A stretch of DNA of 64,000 nt from Eledone cirrhosa (lineage: Eukaryota), in NCBI GenBank assembly GCA_964016885.1, contig OZ024743.1, positions 123,132,001 to 123,196,000 of the forward strand, read 5' to 3'. Shown piece after piece: positions 57,370 through 64,000 of this stretch. Position numbers and translations under genes: made by a program. Each line of letters begins with the position of its first letter. Within the stretch, counting starts at the first letter, position 1. The notes beneath the pieces were generated by a model. It did no database searches and was not told the DNA's origin. It saw only the letters and a program-made list of their open reading frames with translations.

Positions 57370-57828
57370 TAAACGGAATAGAAAATGCTGACAAATTGTT
57401 CACAGTTGAAAAATGGTTTAATTAGGAATAAAAGAGCATTAGTGATTGTATGGGTTAGTATTCAGTTGTGGTTTTAAGTTTTTAAGTTTTTACCGGTTGC
57501 GCATTTCTAAATGCTTTTCAAAAATAATTTTGAGATAGAGTGTCCGTGCTGTTTGCTCTCATCTGATTAGTTTTGGGAATTCTACCTGTTTTTATGTTAA
57601 AAAAGTGGCTCCAATTTGCAAAAATTCTTGTGGTCAAAACAATTTTGATTGGTCGGTAGAGGTCATGTGAATGTAAAAAATTGATTTTGCGCCAAGACTG
57701 TTTTTATGTTAAAAAAGTGGCTCCAGCAAAAATTCTTGTGGTCAAAACAATTTTGATTGGTCGGTAGAGGTCATGTGAATAAAAAATTGGTTTTGCGCCA
57801 AGATTGAGAAATGACTCTTTCACAACAA

Positions 57829-57830
<2 letters not shown>
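57364..57830 (+). mobile_element. Family C (TA)n-embedded element with ~110-bp internal direct repeat
   Basis: Copies at 17008-17374 and 63445-63927 (minus). Confidence 0.8.
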
Positions 57831-57862
<32 letters not shown>

Positions 57863-57864
<2 letters not shown>

Positions 57865-58173
57865 ACAAAGAATGTGTGGTAAGATACCAGGTGAACCTTA
57901 ACGCACCAGAGTACTCGATACTTACTATAGTAGAGTGCGTAATAGGAAAAGAGTCGTTTCGACAGCTAGATCTGAACTAATCCACCAGTATTAGATCGGC
58001 GGGAATCTAGTTGAACTTATGAAGGGGTACTGTCCATATATGGGCATGCAGTCAAAACAAAAAAAGCAGAAATTTCAAAACAAAAATTCCTAAAAACAAG
58101 TTCTAATACTGGTGGCATAGTTCGGATCTAGCTGTCGAAACGGCTGGAGCTCAGCCATCGAGGTCTTAACCCT

Positions 58174-58178
<5 letters not shown>
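57863..58178. mobile_element. Family G variant with inverted arms
   Basis: CGTTTCGACAGCTAGATC...GATCTAGCTGTCGAAACG; also begins again at 63955. Confidence 0.7.
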
Positions 58179-58244
<66 letters not shown>

Positions 58245-58327
58245 GTTATTCCGGGTTGAATCGGAGGTAACCACAGTAAGTAAGGTACTCAATACATTGC
58301 AGAGTATAAAAGTTTTAATATAGATGA

Positions 58328-58373
58328 GATTCTACAGGACTAGAACTGTTTCATTCTTTAGAAATCATCAGGA

Positions 58374-58376
<3 letters not shown>
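58328..58376 (-). ncRNA. Intact type-I hammerhead (family F)
   Basis: GATTC-CTGATGA-tTTC taaa GAAt-GAAA-CAG ttctagtc CTG-TA-GAATC. Confidence 0.85.
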
Positions 58377-58442
<66 letters not shown>

Positions 58443-58656
58443 CTGTATGTATACTCGTGTATGTGTCCGTATCAATGTATACATACCGTAGTTTGGTTTG
58501 GTTGATCTACTTACTTTTGTTTACATCGATCTAGAAACCAATATTATCTATACAATGTCTAAATATGACCGGTAACAAACTAAAAATGTAAAGAGATATA
58601 AAGTGATAACCAAACATAAGTGAATAATGTAGACGTTATTATGTGCGATTGTGTGG

Positions 58657-58744
<88 letters not shown>

Positions 58745-58747
<3 letters not shown>

Positions 58748-58940
58748 GGGTTCAATGGAGGGGGGGTAACCACAGTGAGTAAGGTACTCAATACATAACA
58801 GAGTATAAATATTTAATATAGAAATGGCTTCTACAGGACTAGCACTATTTAATTCGAAGGAAATCTTCCTGATGAATTCCTTCGAAAGAAACAGTTATTT
58901 TCCTGTAGATACCATTTCTGTCTATATTAAATATATATTT
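58745..58940. mobile_element. Family F fold-back with plus-strand hammerhead at 58866-58910
   Basis: TC-CTGATGA-aTTC cttc GAAa-GAAA-CAG ttattttc CTG-TA-GA. Confidence 0.7.
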
Positions 58941-58944
58941 ATAT

Positions 58945-59057
<113 letters not shown>

Positions 59058-59284
59058 AAGACCGCTAATTTTTTAAAAGCAGGTACAATGACTTAGAAAA
59101 ATACGATGGGCAAATGATGACGAATGGAAAAACACAAAACATAATAATTTTTTACCCAATGTCTTTTAGCATGACATTTCAAGGGTATTATCTTCTCAGA
59201 TGCGAATCTGAAACAGTCCAAGACAAAACAAAACGAGTGATCGAAGTTTCCTTCCCTAACTGGTCTATGTGTTTGCAAAACGCA

Positions 59285-59625
59285 TGCGAGGGATCATTAG
59301 AGTAGCTATTCTGCCTCTTGAATTTCTGACCTATTATTCATCCATGGTATTATTCGGCTGATGAGAATGCTTTCCTTAAACTTTAAATTGCCTATATCTT
59401 GGATTGTTTTAGCTTCGCATCTGAAAAGAGGGTAATAGCCCTGAAATAACATACTAAAATAAACTGGGTAAAACATTAATTTGTTTTCTTTTATTTCATT
59501 TATCATCATTTGCCCTTCGTAATTGGAAGAATCTTTCTTGTCTCCCTTTTTGAAAATTTGGATTATCACTTCCGATTTCCATTGCTTAAGTGCTTTTCCA
59601 GAGATCCGGGACACCCAGCACACAC
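59285..59625 (-). pseudogene. Decayed RTE-type RT fragments
   Basis: SGKALKQWKSEVIIQIFKKGDKKDSSNY. Confidence 0.6.
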
Positions 59626-60238
59626 GAGTCAGACAGAAAATAGCTATCTTTTATATTCAGCCCTATATTTTTATGTTCATACTCAGCGTCACATTCTCTC
59701 TATTTCTATATATATACTTAATTAAGATTTTATATGTCTATATACAACTATCATGGTGTGTGACTGTGTGAGTGTATGCGCTTTTATGTATGTTGTATGT
59801 ATGCCTATATACAGATGTCTATGTATCTTTATATGTGTGTGTGCATGTGTGCATGTGTGCGTGTTTGTGAGTGCTTGGGTACATATTTTTGGGACTGGAG
59901 CATATATGTTTTTATTTATGTCTGTATGTGTGTACTTGTTTTGTATGTGTATATCTAGTGACATGAAACTTGGAAATACTTTACATGAAACTCAAGGAGA
60001 ACAACACAGACAACTGTCAACATGCTGCAATTAAATAATGACATAAACTATTTAAACTAAACATATTAAATATCACCGACTATTCAGAAGGAAACAATTT
60101 ACAAACTTTTGCTACACTGTTAAAACAGTCTTCTAATTGTGTCTGCTTCGGAATTTTTTCCTGAACAACTATTACATGACGCTATTAAGGTATATGACTG
60201 TAGGAATATATAAACATAAACATATGTATGTATGTATG

Positions 60239-60273
<35 letters not shown>

Positions 60274-60277
<4 letters not shown>

Positions 60278-60572
60278 CGTTTCTGAATTTGTTTAGCAAG
60301 ATTCTTTATCTGAAATCGTGTGTTGAAACCGATATTGTTATACTTTGGGAGGGTCATGTTGCCAATAAGAAACACACGCACCAGTTGCTTTCACTTCAAT
60401 TTATTATATATTTATAAATTTATAAATTTACAAATCTACAAACTTATAAATTTCTGGTTGGTTGGTTGGTTCCACAACCAGATAGTTGTTTATATATAGT
60501 CATAGTCCTTTCGTCACACACTCTGCGTGTGTTTCTTATTGGCAACATGACCCTCCCAAAGTATAACAATAT
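60274..60572. mobile_element. Family E fold-back truncated in the HHR stem-II loop
   Basis: Matches 22705-23380; 60330-60380 is inverted at 60525-60572. Confidence 0.85.
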
Positions 60573-60935
60573 ATATATATATATATATATATACGTGTGT
60601 GTGTGTTTGTGTGTGTGTTTGTGTGTGTAACTGTCTGTCTGTCTGTGTATGCATATTAACACACATAAATATACATATATTATATATACATATGCGTACA
60701 TATATGCATATGTGTGTGTGTGTATGTGTGTTCACATGCGGCATGTATGTCCGTGTGTATGTGTTTACATCTGTACAAGATTTTTACAGCGTGCTACTTA
60801 ACAGTTCGACACAGACAGTTCGATAAAATGGGTTCAATACTGCGGTTGATATCAACGACTAAAACCTTAAGAAGGTGGCCAATCTATAGCAACAGACAAA
60901 TAACTGGAATCATTAAAATAATATATATACGCACC

Positions 60936-61086
<151 letters not shown>

Positions 61087-61422
61087 ACGCGCACAAACAC
61101 ATACACGAAGTCATATACACAGACACCTATGTTCATTCTTGAATACAGAGAGACAGATTGATAGGAAGTAGGAGAGATGGAAATAGAGATTATATATGTG
61201 TGTGTATGAGTGTGTGCGTGTGTGTGTGTCTGTATGTGTTAGGTAATTCTGAAGGAAAAGCTAAGGAAAAAAGAGTGCTCTATGTATAGAACAGAGCTAT
61301 TTAATTAGAAATTGAACAACACAAAATATAACTACTCCATTACCAAAGATTTCTGGATCACAGAAATATATATATATATATAATATATATATACATGTAT
61401 GTACGCACACACACACGCGCAC

Positions 61423-61600
<178 letters not shown>

Positions 61601-61605
61601 GTATA

Positions 61606-61942
61606 TGTGAAGGAGCGTGGATTGTGGTTAAAGTATTCTGCTCACAATCGTAAGATCGTGAGTTCGATTTCTGGCGGCGCTCTGGGGTCTTCGAGCAAGA
61701 CCCTTTATTTCTAGTTGCTCCAGTCAACTCAGGTGGCAAAAATGAGTTGTATCTGTAATTCGAAGGATCAGGTTTGTCACATTCTGTTACATTCTTGTCA
61801 CATTCTATGAATCTCCCTTAGAGCTACGTTAAGGGTACGCATGTCTGTGGAATGCGCAGCCAATTGCACGTTAATTTCATGAGCAGGCTGTTCCAATGAT
61901 CGGCTCAACTGGAACACTCGTCGTCGTAACCGACGGAGTACT
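61606..61942 (+). mobile_element. tRNA-derived SINE (distinct family)
   Basis: TGGATTGTGGTTA...GTGAGTTCGATT...CGAGCAAGAC...TTGCTCCAGTC; tail CTCGTCGTCGTAACCGACGGAG. Confidence 0.7.
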
Positions 61943-61953
61943 AGTTATATATA

Positions 61954-61999
<46 letters not shown>

Positions 62000-62465
62000 T
62001 ATATTCTTCTTCTTCTTCGCCCAATTATTATTAAATTATATCATATATATTTTAACTGCTAGATATCGAAGTACCCTGAGGTAAGCACTGCACTCAACAT
62101 CCTGAAGCATCTCAAATCCCATTTGATTATTCAAGCGGACTATATGCCGTGATGATTAAGTATGCATAATCTTGTTTTACAATTTTTTCCGAAATTTTCC
62201 ATGGCAAATGTTTCGACAATAGGGGAGTAGACATTGAGACAGGAGAGATTGAATTTTATAAGTTTCCCTATCTCTCTCACTACGAGTTCTCTAGAGAAAC
62301 AGGGGTAGTAGATAGTAATTTGTTCTGAAGACTATCTGAAAAGGCTAGATCAATACTATGGAACCAACGCTCTGCATCGTCTTCACACTCGTCGAAACAA
62401 AACATTTGTAATGGAAAAATTACGAATAAGTTGTTGTAGAAACCCATTAAGCATACTTATTCTTT

Positions 62466-62518
<53 letters not shown>

Positions 62519-62519
62519 A

Positions 62520-63120
62520 TACTATTTATAGTTATGTATATAGTATAAACAACCTTAAGCAGGAAGGTCAGTTATATCTTAATTACCTTATTACCAGTAA
62601 GAGAAATAGCTCAATGTATGAACCTCAGTTGTTTTACAGAGCAGTTAAATAAATAAATTATACAATTATCAAAGTTGTGTTCCAATCATTTAATAGCTGA
62701 CAATCGTTTCTTCCAAACTCTCGTTTGGGGTCATCGGATCATTATCAATGTTTGCACATATAATTACCCTCCTATCCAACTGAACAATAATATAGATACA
62801 TGTAAATTGATGTTGTGAGAAACAGTTTCGTATTTACAGGGTGGAATGGATGTGACATACATTTTACGAGAATTGTACAATAATTGTACAAAAATTCAAG
62901 TTCAAATTCAAATCAAAATTCAAATTAAAATCAAAATCAAAAGCACGGGGTGGAATACATGCAACAGTTAAAACAAGGAAATAGTCCAAATATTAAAGAG
63001 GCATTGAGGAAGCAGTTTTGAGAAAGGAAGAGTGCGATAACAAATCATATGCAGGCGTGTGGATAGTGTGACTGCGTAAGTCATATACATGAGAAGGAGA
63101 CAAGCAAAGCTATTATGCAT
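62520..63120 (-). mobile_element. PLE 3' terminal repeat (same family as 20405) with CCGAUGA hammerhead at 62696-62740
   Basis: High identity to 20405-20870. Confidence 0.85.
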
Positions 63121-63176
63121 ATATATATGCATATATATGCATATCTATATATGCATATATATATATATATGTATGA

Positions 63177-63247
<71 letters not shown>

Positions 63248-63251
<4 letters not shown>

Positions 63252-63366
63252 GTCTGAAGAAGTGACAACTGATTATACATTTGCTATCGAATACTTGCTA
63301 ACATTATATGATTACGCAAGCAGCGATACATAGGTATTCCGTCTGTTACAGAAACATATGTCAATA
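63248..63366 (+). ncRNA. Hammerhead with ~90-nt stem-II domain (family L)
   Basis: CTGAAGA-aGTGACA[76 nt]TGTTACa-GAAA-CATATG-TC; stem I weak or truncated at (TA)n. Confidence 0.65.
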
Positions 63367-63444
63367 CCTAATAAATTCCTTTTAAAAAAAAGCACTTTCA
63401 TTTTATATTCATCTTTTCTATATATATATATATTCACACACATA

Positions 63445-63927
63445 TTTGTTGTGAAAGAGTCATTTCTCAATCTTGGCGCAAAACCAATTTTTTATCCACA
63501 TGACCTTTACCGACCAATCAAAATTGTTTTGACCAATAATTTTTGCTGGAGCCACTTTTTTAACATTTTAACATAAAAACAGTCTTGGCGCAAAATCAAC
63601 TTTTTACATTCACATGACCTCTACCGACCAATCAAAATTGTTTTGACCACAAGCATTTTTGCAACACAAAAATAACGCTGGAGCCACTTTTTTAACATAA
63701 AACCAGGTAGAATTCCCAAAACTAATCAGATCAGAGCAAACAGCACGGACACTCTATCTCAAAATTAGTTTTGAAAAGCATTTAGAAATGCGCAACCGGT
63801 AAAAACTTAAAACTTAAAACCACAACTGAATACTAACCCATACAATCACTAATACTCTTTTATTCCTAATTAAACCATTTTTCAACTGTGAACAATTTGT
63901 CAGCATTTTCTATTCCGTTTACCAATA
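63445..63927 (-). mobile_element. Family C copy
   Basis: Reverse complement of 57364-57830. Confidence 0.8.
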
Positions 63928-64000
63928 TATATATATATATATATATGAAAAGAAATCAACGCCGATGGCTGAGCACCGGCCGTTTCGACAGCTAAATCCG

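Overview
AT-rich, microsatellite-dense eukaryotic non-coding DNA, with (TA)n, (CA)n, (TACA)n, (TAA)n and (TATC)n arrays. The SINE and LINE repertoire looks like an Octopus/coleoid cephalopod genome; this is inferred from recalled repeat families, not from a search. No confident host gene is present, and most ORFs in the track are microsatellite artefacts. Real coding remnants come from retroelements: Tx1/L1-clade LINEs, R4/Dong-type (REL endonuclease) LINEs, RTE fragments, and Penelope-like elements (PLEs; Naiad-type RT and GIY-YIG endonuclease). There are also about 15 copies of a tRNA-derived SINE and three Tc1/mariner-type MITEs. The main hidden signal is about 30 complete or partial minimal type-I hammerhead ribozyme (HHR) motifs in at least a dozen short families. 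Most are embedded in (TA)n and often arranged as fold-back palindromes. They include non-canonical cores (CCGANGA in three families, one compensated U3-A8 core) and long stem-II insertions. In addition, each retroelement class sits in its own microsatellite type, including a (TACA)n-associated R4/Dong group and a (TATC)n-associated Tx1 group. All structures were folded by eye and are untested.
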